Origin: Trichosphaerium sp. ATCC 40318
Lineage: Eukaryota; Protista; Tubulinea
DNA length: 64,000 nt
Assembly: GCA_038496445.1 (NCBI GenBank)
Contig: JALMLS010000455.1
Span: forward strand, 558,001 to 622,000
Direction of reading: 5' to 3'
Shown here in pieces: positions 29,322 through 46,790 of this stretch; the stretch's first letter is position 1; every line of letters starts with the position of its first letter. Below the pieces are notes generated by a model. The model made no database searches and was not told the DNA's origin. It worked only from the letters and a program-made list of their open reading frames with translations. A program made the translations under genes and the position numbers.

Positions 29322-31683
29322 CTAAGCCAAAGGACTATCTGCCTTTCTTGAGTACTTAATAGTAACTGGATGTTTAGGACCGTGAATCATTGTAGTAAAA
29401 TCAGGCTCAGGTTCGCACATTAACTCGAAATCGTAGTGGCGAGTAAAAACGGCAAAAGCGGCTTGCACTTGCAAGTACGCGAATTTTTCTCCAATGCATG
29501 AATGACGACCTAACAATAAAGGTCAGTACACGTGAATAACAACCAAAAGACCAAAAAAAATTGACCATGCAACCTTACAAAGTTGTTCGTAAAAATTGGT
29601 TCAAAAAAAAAAAGGATGAGAATTATTAACTTACCAGCAGAGAAGGCGAGGTAACTGTATTTGTTTTGTTTATCTTCCTTTCTCTCGCTGTTGAATCTAT
29701 CTGGATCAAACTCATCTGGGTTGGTATAGTACTCTGGCATACGGTGTACAACACCAGGTGATACACAAGCAAGAGCGCCCTTAGGGATAACAAAGTCTAA
29801 TATAAAGTCAGAAACAGAACAAATATAATAGCAAGAAAGATAACTCTGTATTTACCTTTGTATTTCCAGTCTTCAAGTGCTCTACGCATAACAAGAATAA
29901 TAGGTGGTCTAAGACGAAGTGTTTCCTTTACGGAAAGGTTAAGAGTCTCGCATTTTTTCAACTTTTCATAGGTAAGTTCTGAGCCCTAAAAAAAAGAAAA
30001 AAAAATCAGCATCATGACTAAGTATTTTCGACAAAAGGCGCTTGTTCACAAGCATCGCTCTTTTATCTTACCATTGGCCAGTTTTCTTCTAGTTCCTTGG
30101 TAACTCTAGCAAAGATTTTTGGGTTCTGAGCCATATGGATAAGAAGCCATGTAAGAGTGACATTCGAGGTATGTTGACCAGCTAATGAGAAAAAAAAAAT
30201 GTTAGAAAGAAGAAAATTACTCTTTAGTTTCGTAACGTACCAAGCATAAGTGCTACCATTAATCCACATACTTGGTTATCATTCATCTTTGTACCATCAG
30301 CGTATTCAGCTTCCATAATTGTTTGGAGCATATCTTCTTTCTAAACAAAGAAAAACAGATTAGCCCGGGCGTGACAGTAAATTTTTGGGAGCTATTTTTT
30401 TCACCACAACAAAAAAATTGAAAGAACATTTTGTAGTGTATACTCAGTGGGATTTTATAATCAGTAGTTCATTGGAAACCTGTGTTAATCTATCATCGCA
30501 TACATTGAGATCGAATAAAGTTTTACAGTACCACACTACAAGAGTAGCAATGGCAACAAAAAAAGTTCGAAGCAAAAAAAAGTTGAAAGAAAAAGTGGAC
30601 TTACTCTGATGTTGTTGTCTCTCCTGTTCTTTACGATAAGAGAAAAGTGCTTAGTAAGCGCTTTTCTAGCGTTATTTCTTCTAATATGCATAGGTAGAGG
30701 AAGGTATGGGAAGAAGAAGCTTATTGGTCCAAGACCTTTATCAAGAGCATCATATAGCTTTGCATATGTCTTATTGAGGTTGTCTCTTACTTCATCTCCA
30801 TGAAGACATCTTTGTGAACAGTAAGAAACGAGAACCAAGTCGAAAAAAAAAATCAAACCAAATGCTTTTTTTTCGCTTGTTTTACGCTTATTTTAGGCGT
30901 AATGTATTACAATGGAGTTGTATTTGGCGTATCTAGTGTTTAAAGGCTTACCTGGTGGAAGTAAAAACAGTGACTTCGTTAAACATTTCAAGTGCATCTC
31001 TTTCACCCTAAAACCACTCTTAGACACGGACAATATTAGTGTACTCATTATACATACAGTTTTACCCAAATGGTCGACCATGTAACCTTCTACTTCGCTA
31101 ACCATTTTTGCAATGTAGATTTTGAATCGCTTTACAGTTAAACCGTTTGTAACCATCCTGTATAATCCATTTAGAACAATAATAAATTATTTCCGAGTAC
31201 GTACTTTCTTTGTTGGACCAAAAGCTCGGGAGCACAGTCGTATACAATACCTTCTCCAAATACAGGCGTCATGAATTGATATGCTTGTGCAGCGCTAATC
31301 TCTTTCTCCTTTGCGTTGTAAAATGCAGAGTGTGCTTCAGAACCAATCATAAAAACCATTTCCTCACCCAAAATCTTTGCTGAGAATACGTCTCCGTAAG
31401 TTTTACGGTGTTTAGAGATGTAGTTGAGTGGATTATCAGCCCAAGCTAAACCGTGTCCAAACCAAGGTAGGGTGTAAGGAACCATCTTTGGTGCGCCCTT
31501 TGGTCTTCCTTTGCGTAGTACGAAAAGCGTAACAACAAGTACCAACAATGCAGATACTGAAGCAGTGAGAATGTTAACGCTACCATCAGGGTGGAAGATA
31601 AAGTCCTTTGCGGCTTCCAAAGCTGCAGACGCGGCAACAGTCCCCAAAGATCCAAGGATTAGTCCCAAGCGAGAAGTGAGCAT
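29322..31683 (-). CDS. CYP51: Sterol 14-alpha-demethylase (cytochrome P450 family 51)
   Basis: N-terminal TM; PWFGHGL; YGDVFS; YQFMTPVFGEGIVYD; AGQHTS; ETLRLRPP; FDPDRF; heme motif FSAGRHSCIGEKFA. Confidence 0.97.
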
Positions 31684-32235
31684 CCTGAGCGGTTGTACAG
31701 GCTAAAAGTGGGAACAATTGCGGAAAAAATTCAGTTACTTACCCAGTTAAGCAAGAGGCTTCCGTATTATTGTTGACGTTTACAAACAACGCAAAAACTC
31801 ATGTTCATGACAATATTTCACTGTATTACTTGAGTTAAATCGTTTTGTCGGTATTTCTTTTTTATACGCGGTATCTACGCGAATAAGGGCATTAAGAGGC
31901 TAGTGTGACTTCCTAATTTGCTCATTGTTGCCTGTTTGACTTTGTCATTGTGCGTGTGGTTTACCACAAGAAACAGCCATCGATAGAATCACCGTAGCAC
32001 GCTTCATGCATTTTGCTTTTTTTGTGGTTACAATAGCACGCATTCTGTCTTCTAGTATACTATCACTATAACACCGAGGCAGAGTATTCTTTATATGGAT
32101 CTATTATTGTGTAGACAACCTCTCGAGTACATAAAAGCCATTTGAAAAAAAAATTTATGCATAAATTGTTCAGTTTTACAAAAATTGCGTGCGTCTTTTT
32201 ACATTACATTTACAGGTGGTGCGCCCGCTTATTGC

Positions 32236-34814
<2,579 letters not shown>

Positions 34815-35002
34815 CTTGAGGGTAAGTGCAAAGCTCTATGTAATGAATAGACTAATACACGTGTAGAGTCAAAACAATTCTTTAAAAATTTTTACACAAA
34901 ATCGTTACTAGACACTTATCTTCCTATCATGGACTTTATTACATAATGATTTGACAGCGGTTGTATGGTGTCAAGAGATGTGATGTAGTGCGTTGTTACA
35001 AC

Positions 35003-35668
35003 TTACTTCCATAAGCCTTTGCCCTTTACATCCGATACGCTAGTGGATACTAATAGGCGTAAGAGGAGCGTTCAACGCTAGTGGTTGCATACCTTCAACG
35101 GATTTGTCTTCCTTCACGAACTCTTTTGGTTTATCAACGTGCGAGAACCTTGCCTTGAATGCAGCCTTTTTAGCTTCCTCTCTGGATAGGTATGAGTAAA
35201 CACTGTCAAAGGTGTGAATACCGCGTAAACGCACTCCTGTTTTTGTCTCAAGTACGGATTGGCAGCTGGCTTCTTTGCTGGACCCTTTGCGTGCGCCTGA
35301 AAAGTGGTTAACACACTTTTTGTTCACTTGTCATACAAGGCTCCGTACCGCTTTTAACGCTTCTATTTGCTTCTGGCGTTCCTCAGCTGCTTTGCGCTCG
35401 CGTTCCTATTTGTCCTGTCAATGCCGTTACAGTACTCAGTGGTGCTTACCTCTTTTTTACGCTGCCTCTCTTGCTCGTATTCGCTCTGGCGTTGGGAAGC
35501 AGTTTTTTTTAGCGCCTGCGCTTTATTTTTCGCTTCTATTACTGCCTGCTTTTTGCGTGCTACAGTACATTAGAAGTGGCTGTTTAATACAAACAAGTTC
35601 ATTGGCCTACCTTCCTCCTCTTCTTGCTGTTTAGCCAGAGCTTCAAACTGTTGTGCTTTAGTCGCCAT
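35003..35668 (-). CDS. Small charged coiled-coil hypothetical protein (multi-exon)
   Basis: MATKAQQFEALAKQQEEEEG|SNRSENKAQALKK...EQERQRKKE|ERERKAAEERQKQIEALKA|AHAKGPAKKPAANPYLRQKQ...SVSDVKGKGLWK*, with GT-AG introns that keep frame. Head-to-head with talin (170 bp apart). Confidence 0.6.
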
Positions 35669-35838
35669 TGTATGTTTTAGTGTCGATTGTCGTCGTTGGT
35701 GTTAGGTGCTAAGCAATGAAGCCATTGAATCACATAGCTATCACTGTTTGTGAGCTTTAACATAAAGTAATTTTGCGCAAAGCGAACACCCTCGCATATA
35801 CAAACTGTAGATATATCCCCTCTACTCTATAGTACATA

Positions 35839-38800
35839 ATGGCGGTGTCTCTGCAAGTGCGCATAGACAATGGAAAAATGGTTAAGCGTATACGTGTCCC
35901 TTCAGGCGTAGCAATAGGAGAGGCATTACGCGATATACGGTACGTTTGCTTTAATAACTTTGAGAACTTCTCAATCTCTTATTGCTTTATAATAAGCATC
36001 TACATATTACCGCTTTAGAGACGGAAGCCTATTACTCTTAAAACGAGATTTATTTGTTGAAAACAGTTTTTTTTTCTTTATGTGCTCATTAAGTATTTTA
36101 GAGACAAGTCCAAGGTTGGAGGTGCTGACCACGCGTTATTCCTTCCTCCTGATCCAAAGAAAAACAGAGAGTTTGGACGTTGGCTTGAAAATAATAGAAC
36201 ACTCGCAAGTTATGATATAACAGCTGAAGTACGTTTTTTTTGTAACAAACGAAAAATAATATCACGTGATTTCCACGTTGAACAACATTCTTCTTTTTAT
36301 TTTCTTGAACGATTGTGCCGAAACTACGTAACCTCTCTTTTTGGCGTATTGAACATTCTGTCTATTATATCATCAGTAACGTCAACAAAACAGTTTTTTA
36401 CGTTGAGAGAATTCATGTGTTTAACATAATAATGTTCTCTAAAGACCTTACTTACAATCGATTAGGATACAGTTGACTATAAAAAGAAACATAGGCAGCT
36501 AGCTGTTAAACTTGTTGATGGTACAAAGAAGAAGGCACTTGTGGACGAAAGTAAACATGTGGAGAATATTATAGAAGTTCTTTGTGAGAAGCTTAGTCTT
36601 CCTAACCCTGAAGAATTCAGTCTATATGCTGTAGAACTAAAGAAATGGTAAGTACAAAAATTGTGTTTAATTTTTAATTAGGACACGTGGGTCAGGATTT
36701 CTTTTTCTTCAATTTTTTTGCGTATTTTATCTCATTTACTACCAAAGGGCCAATACCCATAAAACACTTGCAGAGCAAGGTATCACAGAGAATGTAAGCG
36801 TTTTTACGAAGTTTCACTCAGTTTTCAAAAAAAAAAAGGCTTCGAATTTCTAGTTCCTAACACGCCTTTCTTTTTTAGATGGAACTCCTATTGAATAAAC
36901 GATTCTTTGCAACGGACGCTAATGTAGATGAGAATGATCCAATTGGACTTCATTTACTATACGCACAGGTATAACGAAGACAAAAGAACTCCTGGTTTTG
37001 TTTTCCGAGGGGATTTCTAACGTGATTCTTTTTTTTTACAGTGTGCTGAAATGATACGCACTGGTAAGATGTTGGCAAGCGAAAAGGAGGTTATACAGCT
37101 GGCAGGATTTCAATGTCAGATCACATACGGCGATTATAGCCCAAAGAAACACAAAGTAGGATTTCTTGAGTACGGACATTTTCCGAATTACGTTTTATGG
37201 CAATTGAAGCGTATACTGACGTTATTCTAAAGGAGAGAACTTTTCTTACCACCACGATATTGTAGACAATCGATAGAGAAGAAAGTATGGAGTGGTACGT
37301 TACGTTAGAGTTTAGAAAACGCCAAACACCCTTTTTTTTCATTTTGTTTTTTATTTGGAGTCTTGAATTTTGATTGGTATTCTTCTAGCACATGCAAAGA
37401 TTGTCAGAATGTCAGCCCAAACTGCTAAATATCGTTATGTACAACTGTGTCGTTCCTTAGAGTTGTATGGTATGACATTATTCAAAGTGGGGCGTGTATT
37501 GCCTAATAAGAAAAAACCATTCCCAATGTTTTTGGGTCTTATGAAGGACAAGATTCTATTTCTTGATATAGACACATATGTACGTATACAAGTCTCTTTA
37601 GAGAGCTTTATGGTATGACTGTTAACACTTTAAAAGGAGGTCAAAAAGTCATGGCAAATAGAACATGTACGTCGGATCAAAACAAACAGAACTTCAAATC
37701 GACTTAACTTTTTTTTCTTCTAGTTGAAACGATGGGTTGATAACGATACAGAAGTGTATGTTTTATACTTCATGAGTGTTATGAAAGTAATCTAATTGCC
37801 TTTTGATATAGTTTGCTCGACTTTGGAGATCATGCACCTCATTATTTTACGTTTAAAGCACCAGATCCAGCGGAGATTTCTTCAGTTATTTCAGGGTATA
37901 TTGATATCATCCTAAAGAGATTTCGAGATCCTGTACGCCAGTTCGAAGAGGATGACTTTGAAACGGCTGAAGTTGAGCATGCGGCAAGACCTGCTACTGG
38001 ATATGCTATAGCAGCAAACACACCAAATTTCGTCCCTCAACAAGGCAGCATTGTACGAAAAAACAATTTCGGGTTATTTTGGAGAGATTTGTTTTCTAAC
38101 GCGTTTTCTAGACGCCTCAACCTGTATTCATGCCACAATCTCGTCAACCAATGATGTACTACCAAGGGTAAGATAATAGTATATTAATGAGCTTCAGCGC
38201 GTTTTGACTAATAGAAATCTAGACCTCATCAATTGGAAGTAAATAATAAAAAACAAGCACAGCAAGCTGTTGGAAAATTGCTTGAGGGCATGAAACCTAA
38301 CAAGCATGGAGCTCAGTTTAAAGGTTCAGCTATTGAATGGAAGAACGCCATGGATAAACAAACAAGAATGTTACAAAAGGAGTTGAAAAAAATGAGGAAC
38401 TTTTCTGAAATGGTCAGATAAAAGCAGTAAAAAAGTCGTTCGCTGATTTCTTGTTTTCTAGGATGTCAAACCAAGCAAACAAGAGATAAAGTTCGTCTCT
38501 CAGTCTATAATTGATAGACTAGCTGAAATACAAGGGCTTTCAGCTAAACAACCAAGAGGAATGGCTCCTGAAGGTAAAGACTAACTGTCTTTTTCTGATG
38601 ATATGTGAAGTAACATTTTTCGCTTTGTAGAATTGAACTGCCTTGGTAAAGCAGCACATAATGTTGCAATGGCTGTAAAGAGTCTATTTGACTGTATGGG
38701 ACCAGAATTGAGCGAACCTCCACCACCTGAGGTGGCACAAGAGATCTTAATTAAAGTACGTGGTGTCGAATCAATTCTATGCTAACCGCTCATTAGACTG

Positions 38801-41800
38801 GTGCTATCTTGGGTGTACTTCATGGCACAATGGCAGACGACCCATCTAGAAAAGTTATGGAGGAATCATCTGCTCTAATGTTAGCGCAGGCCGAAGACTT
38901 TGTATGTTTCGTACTATTCCTATTTTTTTCTTAACATACAACCTTAGTTGATCACTTGCAATAAAATCAAAGGAGTTGAAGGAAAATGGAGAGGTCATTT
39001 AAAGAAGATGCATGATTCCAAGAGACAATTAAAGGACGAAGTTGATGACCAACTAATGGTAATAGACATCTAGAATTTCTTCTTTTTATCCTAACTATTC
39101 ATTCTAGAATGGAAGAGCGAACAAAGATAAAATTAAAGAATTGGTACGGCTCTACCTACCTAGGGTGGAATATGGTTTGCTTATATGTTTTCATTAGGCA
39201 GATAAATTGCTTTCTTTCATGGATAAAGGTATCGCAATGATTGATCAAAAACAGGCAGAAGATCGTTTGAAGAGAAAAGCGAATAATTTTGCTGAAGCAG
39301 CTCAATTCGCTGAGGAGGTAAGAACACCTTTTCCCTAGAAGCCAGAATCATTTCTGAGTATTCTTCATGTTCTAAATTACGTAGATGTTCCTTATTGCAG
39401 AGCCGTTGCATGCTATTTCTCGTCTTGATGATGTCGGTGTTGCTGCATTTAAATTTGAATCGGACATTGACATTCTTTCAAAAGTACGTTTTTCTTGTTT
39501 TTTTCGTTTTCAATTAACCCCATAACATAAATGATAATCTCAATGATATTTTGTATAATTTTACAATTGCGAGAGTCATGATTCCAATCTGGATTAGGTC
39601 ATTCTAACCACGCAAACTATTTTTTAACTCATGATTTTTTTGTTTTTATTTGTTTTGTTTTGGCTCAATCTTGACATTAGGGAGATCGATTACGTAAAGG
39701 AAAACATAGAGCATCCACACTTAAACCAGCTCGTAAACTTAAAAAAAGAGCTAGCGCCTTACTCAAGATTACAAATGATGCAAAACCATCTCTCGAAAAA
39801 CAACGTGCAAAGGCACGTTTTTCTCTAATTTACTTCGGTTCTCTTGCCATCTCTTTACTCCTACGATCAATATTTTTATTCATTGTGTTGATGATTTCTC
39901 AATTGTCTTTAGGCTATTCAAGAAAACGTGTACGAACTACAAATGGCACATGAGACCGATTTGCCGAAGATGAAGAAAATCATAGGCAAAATTACAACTT
40001 TGGTTGAACCTGCCACTGGGAAGATATTAATTCAACTATCTAAAGGAGTCATTGGAGAAACAGCAAGACTAGCTACAATGTGTCAGGTAAATATCATAAT
40101 TCGCACGTGAAACTGATACAAGTAGGATGATACACTTCCAAAGGATACTCCTAAACTTCCATCAGATGATGCAAAAGTATCCTCCAGACGTGTTGTTGGT
40201 AAGTTTATATGACAAACCTTGACTCTGCGAATCATTGAAGATATCGTACTGATACCAATACTAGGATCACTCATGGATCTTGGTGCTGCTATCAAGCAAC
40301 TTCAGGTATAAACCTTTTTTTTTAATTTATTTTTCGAAGCAATTAAACATTATCCATCTCCACGATCATTGATCAATAAGTTGAACTTTGTAATATCGCC
40401 ACGGATTGTATTTCTTACATCTTGCAAGATATGTAACAAAGTAATCACAACCATGCTTCAGCTTTTACTGACATAACTTTTTGAACAATTCTTAACTTTT
40501 TTCTTATAGGGAGAACCAGACAATGTCATTGCTTTGAACAGGCTCTTGAACGTAAGTTTATTTTTAAAGAATAATAAACGAACCTTAATCACGTTAGGCT
40601 GTTGATAACGCTGCACCTAAAGTTATGAACTTGGTTGGTAAATCAAAGAAACTTGCTGCAGTTGTACCAGACAAGGCAGTGAAATCAACAATCCGTTCAC
40701 AGATACAAGACGTAGAAGTAGCTTTGATGGCTCTACAAGGTGCTAAAAAAGCTGCAAAAGGCGCTGCACTCAACGATGAAATCGATCAACAACTTGTAAG
40801 TAGACAGAACAACCGTGATGTTTAAACCAGAAAACCTCTTTGCTGACAAATACCGTTCTTAAGGAAACACTTCGTTCTGTTATGGATGGCCTAGAGGAGT
40901 CTATACTCCTTGCTGCAGCTGGTAAACTACCAAAAACTGCTTTACGCGGTGACTCTGTTGAGGTACAGAAAAGAAACATGAAATCACGTGATGTTCGCTG
41001 ACATTTTGTTTTAAATAGCGTATTTCTGATACAACAAAACAAATCATGAAAGCCTTCCAGACTCTTAAAGATAGCGATACGATGGAGAAGAAAGTAAAAG
41101 CTTACAAGGATCTAGCTTCAAAAGTAAACGCTCTTTCCCTAGCTATAAAACATTGTGCATCAGAGCAGCCAAACAAAGAAGCACAGGTAAGAAAAGAGAA
41201 GAAAAAAAATAATGACAAGAATGTTGATCCATGGCTAAACAAAAAATAGGAGAAAGTGCTCAAAGTAGGTAAAGACACTGTTGACTCAATGCACAACTTG
41301 GTACGTTCTTTCTTCTTATGAAAACAAAGGATTGTCTTCATCTGTCTTACTTGTTTTCTGAAATAGGCTTGTGCTATTGCTGAAGAAGCTAGTGGTCCGG
41401 AGAAAGACCATGCAGAGAAAAAGGTTAATAAAGCTGTAAAAGAACTCTGGGATGTTGTTCAGAAACCACTACCAAAGTATGTTACAAACCTTTATATCAA
41501 TCTAGCTTTACTTCTTATTCATCGAGTTTCTTATTGCTTTTTTTTAGTCCTTGTGAGGATGCTATACACGAGATAGAAGAAGTCAAAAGATTGTTTGGTT
41601 CTGATGCTGCTGCACGCCCACTCCATCGTACGGGCATGAATGTCTTTAAAGACCTTCAAAAGCAAATGGAGGTACGTTGTTTGTTTCTTTATGTCTCCTA
41701 AACCTTATTCTTCATCTAGCTCGTTAATAAGAGTTCTGCGTCGTTTTATGACGATGCAAAGAACGGAAATGACCTTGGAGATGCTGCTAATGAACTCTCA

Positions 41801-44800
41801 AAATCTCTTGCTAAGCTGTACGATTAAACATACAAGAATCTGATGCCTGACTATTTTCTTTAGATTCGAGCTTGCACAACTTGCTGCTGACCTCACTGAT
41901 GATCCAGAACATAAACGTGCTATAGAAAGAGCTTCAAAAGCACTTGCAAATAAAGCAATAGCTGTATTGAGCATTGGTAGTGACGAAAACAACTTTGACA
42001 CAAAGTCACTTTTGGATGCTTCAAACGACATGGCACAGTCACTCCGTAAGTACAAGACTTCTCTTGACCTCATAGGTTTTCTTGTTTTAACCTTCTTATA
42101 GGAAATTTGACTAAAGCCCTTGCAGATGCTTCTAATAAATCTGTTGATGAGGCATCGAAGGATATAAAGGCAAAGTTAGCAAACTACAAAAGAGGTAAGG
42201 ATTTTGTTTTATTTTACTTGATTTTTTTTCGTGCACGGTAGACCTTTGTTGACTTTATCTAGGTGCTAAGGGTCCTCACGTGCCTGAGGTTGCACCTTCA
42301 ACTATGAAAAAATTGAAAGAAGCTGCTGAGCGCATTAATGGCGCTTCTAATAGATTAGTAACTGCTACAAAGAAGTCAGAAAAGAAAGATGACCACGCTA
42401 AGGCTGCTGGTACAAAAAAAAAAAAAAGAACTTATTTCTTTACTCACCTTATTTCGCTTAGCCGATGGAATGAAAGAGCTCTTAGACCAATGTGTCAACC
42501 TAAGAGACTTTGCTGATGATCCAAGAACTGTTACATCTGTTGATAGGAATGTGATTAACGCTTCAAATCATGTTTTGGAAGTGATTGAGAATGCTTGCAT
42601 GTTAAAGACTACACCTGAACATATGAACTTAATGAAACAAAATGTCAAGAATGTTGAACTTGCACTTCAGAAACTTCTCAAAGCTGCAGCTAGTATAATT
42701 CCTGAAACCAAGGAGGTACATTTCTAAAATCACGTGAAAACGTTGTGTATGCTCACGTGACTTTTTTGTAATAGCTTGAGAAAGCAACTGAAGATGCTTT
42801 TAATGATGTCAATGATGCTGCATTCAAAGCAGGTTTGGGAAGCTTGGATGTCCTAAAAAATACAAACAACTTGCCAATCCACAAGAAGACTTCTTGGAAG
42901 TCATTCATAAGATAGGTACGATACATAGAATAATGCCATTTTGTTAAATCCAAAACTCATGTTTTTAGATGATGTTGTGCCTGTACTTTACAGAAAGGAT
43001 AACTTGGCTGATGTCAAAGCGGACATCATGTCTGCTAAGGATAGCATTGAGCAAGTCGCTCCACTTGCTATCGCTTGTGCAGATAAAGAACCACAGAAAG
43101 ATATGAAAGAGGCTATGCTAAACGCAACACGTGATATGTGTGAATCGCTGCTGTGTATGTTCTTTTTCTTTCCTGTTTTTTTCTTGATACTAATACACTG
43201 TAGCTTTCATAGAGAGCTTCAAAGAAACTGATGAAGGTGATCCAGAGCCAGTAAAGAACAAAGTGGAAGATTTGATTGCAGTCATAGAGAATCAATCTAC
43301 CAAACAAGTGCGTATTGTGGCAGTTATGAAGTGTTTTTTGTTAACTGTTAAATAGGGCAAAGACAGTTCTGTAGAAAAAATTGAAAGCTGTACAAAAAAG
43401 CTGGATAGAACAAAGCACAAACAAAGTGATAAATACACATTCCCACTACACGTTGCACGTGCCAACAAGAGTGCTTCGGTATGCCATCCATACCTCCTTA
43501 CTCCTATAAATAGCTTACGATTGTTTAAGGGTCTCATAACTAAAGTTTCGAGGTTTAATAACAAGGTAAAAAGTGGGCGAAGTCTTGATCAAATGCCAGA
43601 AGATATTGCTAACTTGGTTACCAAATACACCAATAGCATGTCAAGTACGACTAAAACATACCGTAATACGAAACTAAATCAATACAGGTGCTATCCGAAG
43701 TGTAAAAAGTAAGAAGCAAAGAGATACTGCAAAGAAATCAGCAGTTGCAGTCACAAAGGTAACGTATTTGTATAATACCCTAGAACAATGAAAATCTTAC
43801 CTATTGCGTTAGCTTGCTGCCGAATATGTGCAAGATGGAATCAATGGTGATAAGGCTAAAGTAGCAGACAAACAAAAGAAGTTGAAAGCAGCTATAGTAA
43901 AATCTCTCAACGATATTAAAGTAAAGTTTCAACTTCGAGATACTTCGTTTCTGACATTACGTAGGAAGCTGGAATTGTTGAAAAGTCTTGTGATGATGCT
44001 TTAGAACATCTAGAAGAAACATTAGGACAATTGGAACTCACGACTCCAGATAGTGCGTTTCGGGATTTTAAGAGAATTTTTTTTGGAAAGTTTTATTTAT
44101 CCTTCCGCTAGGAAAAGATAAAAAACTCAATAAACCTCGTGCGAGGTTAGCAAAGAAAAAGCTTACAGAGATAATAGCCAACATCGATGCAGTACGTTGT
44201 TTTTTTTTGTGTTCTTTCTTACTTTCTGAAAATTTTTTATTCACGTGAATATCACGTGACAAATATTAACGGTTGATGTTTTAGAGCAAATCCTTGGCTG
44301 GAGATATTACCACAGGAGTCAATAATAGGTCTGCTGATGTATCAGAACCAATGAAAAAATTTAAGGACCAAATGGCGTCAGTGATAAATGGTAAGTATTT
44401 TTTACAAAATAGGCTTAAACAAAAACCGTTGGTGTTCATTTAGACTATTTTAGAAACTGCCCAGTTGAGCTATCTACCGTCTTCTTTCTATGGCATGCTA
44501 CTGAATGCTGCTAAGAAAGCGGGTGATGGCGCTTGTGATGTTGTTACAGAGGCCAAAAACCGCATTGAGGACTCTAAAGACAAGTACGAAATTATTCTCT
44601 TGAATATTCTGAAAATGTTACTACCAAAAAAAACGAACTTCCCAACTAAGAAAAAACACAAATCTCCAAAACCCTGTAATCTCACGCGATTCTTTCAATA
44701 GTAATGAGCCAATGGATACAACTTGTAAAGAATTTGAAGGCATGATGGATAATCTCAAAGAAAAGGCTTCATCCGCCTTAAAGGACGTGGACCAGTCATT

Positions 44801-46522
44801 AGAGCATCTTGTTGGTGTATCTGAGACGCTTGAAAACGATGCAGAGGTACCCAAAGATATTACGTTCTTCGTACTAACGTTTTTAAGGGCGCACTTGAGG
44901 CTGCTTCTAAACGTCTACAACAAGCAGACGAGGAGCTCAAGCGCGTTGAACAAACGTACGAAAAAAAAAAGATCCGGACTTCAAACATTCGATTTTTGTC
45001 TAAGAATCACTATGCTAACGTGTACGTAGTGTCGCAGACTTGGAGAGACAAGGAGAGACCCAAGTCGGTACAAATAATATGGTCACCGCAACGGCAATTA
45101 TAGATTCAGCGAGAGCAATCATGAGCTGTTCTCAAGTGTTGTTGCTCAAGGCAACGCTGGTTCAGGTACGATTTTGTAGTTTTGTAGTTTTGGCTTGAAC
45201 GAGGGTGTTCTGACTGTTTTTTCTTGTTTAGGAGGAGATTGGCCTAACGAAAAAAACGAATGTTTACAAAGATGATCCTAAATGGGCTGAAGGTTTAAAG
45301 AGCGCTGCAGAGGTACGCATAGCCATTTTTGGGAACAACTCGTTCCTCTTGTCTTCAACTCTTTACGTTGTTAATCACTTTGCTCAGAGCGTAGCAGTTG
45401 CTGTTTATAGCTTAGTGCACGAGTCAAATGCTCTATGTCACGGTGAGAAAGGTACGTAAACCACAACAAGTAAAACAAAAAAAAGCCAAATTTCCTTGAG
45501 TTCTAAACCACTTACCCATCTCAGGACCCGAAATTTTAACCGTATGCGCAAGAGAAGTAAATGCAAACACTCAGCAAGTAAGTATAATATGCTATTAGCA
45601 TCATGTAAAAAATACTAACTACTCAAAGCTTGTACTCGCCTCAAAAGCCAAGGCTGATCCAGATAGCGAAGCTCAAGCAGAATTAATGATAGCAGCCAAA
45701 AATGTCAATATTGCACGCGACAAGCTTCGCACAACCGCAGAAATGGTTGAAGTACGTACAATGAGAACGATCTTTTTGAGCTGCAAGCTCACTTTATGCT
45801 TTTTCACTTTCTTGCATCCCAAAGGCTGCAGTTTATGTTGTACAGTGGCTAATTACATTGAATAGAAAGCAAGACAGCTTGAACTACAAAGGAAAAGACA
45901 GGAACAGCTTGAGAAACAACGTAACGTGCCAAAAGGTGAAGTTGGTAAATTTACAGATGCATTTCAAAAACAGATTGAAATTGAAGAGCTCAAAAAGAAA
46001 CTACAAGGTACCCTTACAACAAATACGTTCTTTTTTTGCTTCACGATTTTTTTTTCTCGTGAAATACAAATTATTCAATAACGTCACCACGAAATCACCT
46101 AGTTTAAAATCTCTGTCTACATCTCCTTATAAATTGAAAGCCATCACGTGAATTATTTTTATGATAAACATATTTGAATCAATCTACGCAGTTTTCTTTA
46201 CATGCTCTTTTTGAGTAGTTGAAATCAAAGTTTTATCAAACTGTTGCATTTTGTCTTTAAATTTAAAAGAAATCTCAATAACAAGAACTGTTATGATAAT
46301 TTGATTGAAGTAGCGAACAACAAAAAAATATTGTGTAGTTGGCTACGCGTTTTTGTGTAGTTGGCTGAAAAAGAAACTTTTTTTTGAAGAAAATCGTGAT
46401 TGCTTTTGAGACCTTTTTTTTTGTTTTAATTTTAGATGCTGGTGTACTAACCTTTTCTCTTCCCAATAGCCAAAGAACAGGAGTTCTATAAAACACGAAG
46501 AAGAGAATATCAAGAAAATTAA
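35839..46522 (+). CDS. TLN: Talin (FERM head, helical rod, C-terminal I/LWEQ domain), ~50+ short introns
   Basis: F0 (DHALFLP...GRWLENNRTL), F1 (KKKHRQLAVKLVDGTKK), F2 (KRFFATDANVDENDPIGLHLLYAQ), F3 (AKYRYVQLCRSLELYG...LDFGD...ISGYIDIILK), Ala/Leu-rich bundles, and YKDDPKWAEGLKSAA...AREVNANTQQLVLASKAKAD (I/LWEQ). Confidence 0.93.
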
Positions 46523-46790
46523 GAAAGAAGATCAGAGGAGTGAGATAAAAGTTGAATTCTTTTCGGGTTTTTCTTTTTTTGTTGGGGGTACTCTACAAAA
46601 ACTACTAAAACAACGTAAACTCCTAAATACCATGACGTATTGTATCAAAAACGTTTAAATTAAACGTATTTATTGAAGTTTTGTACATCAAATCAACCTT
46701 CCTATTTTTTGTCTGTTTGTCCGTTCTGTTCTTTTTATTTTACGAGTAAGTTTACTTCTGTTCGCATATAAATATACGTAAAACGCAAAA

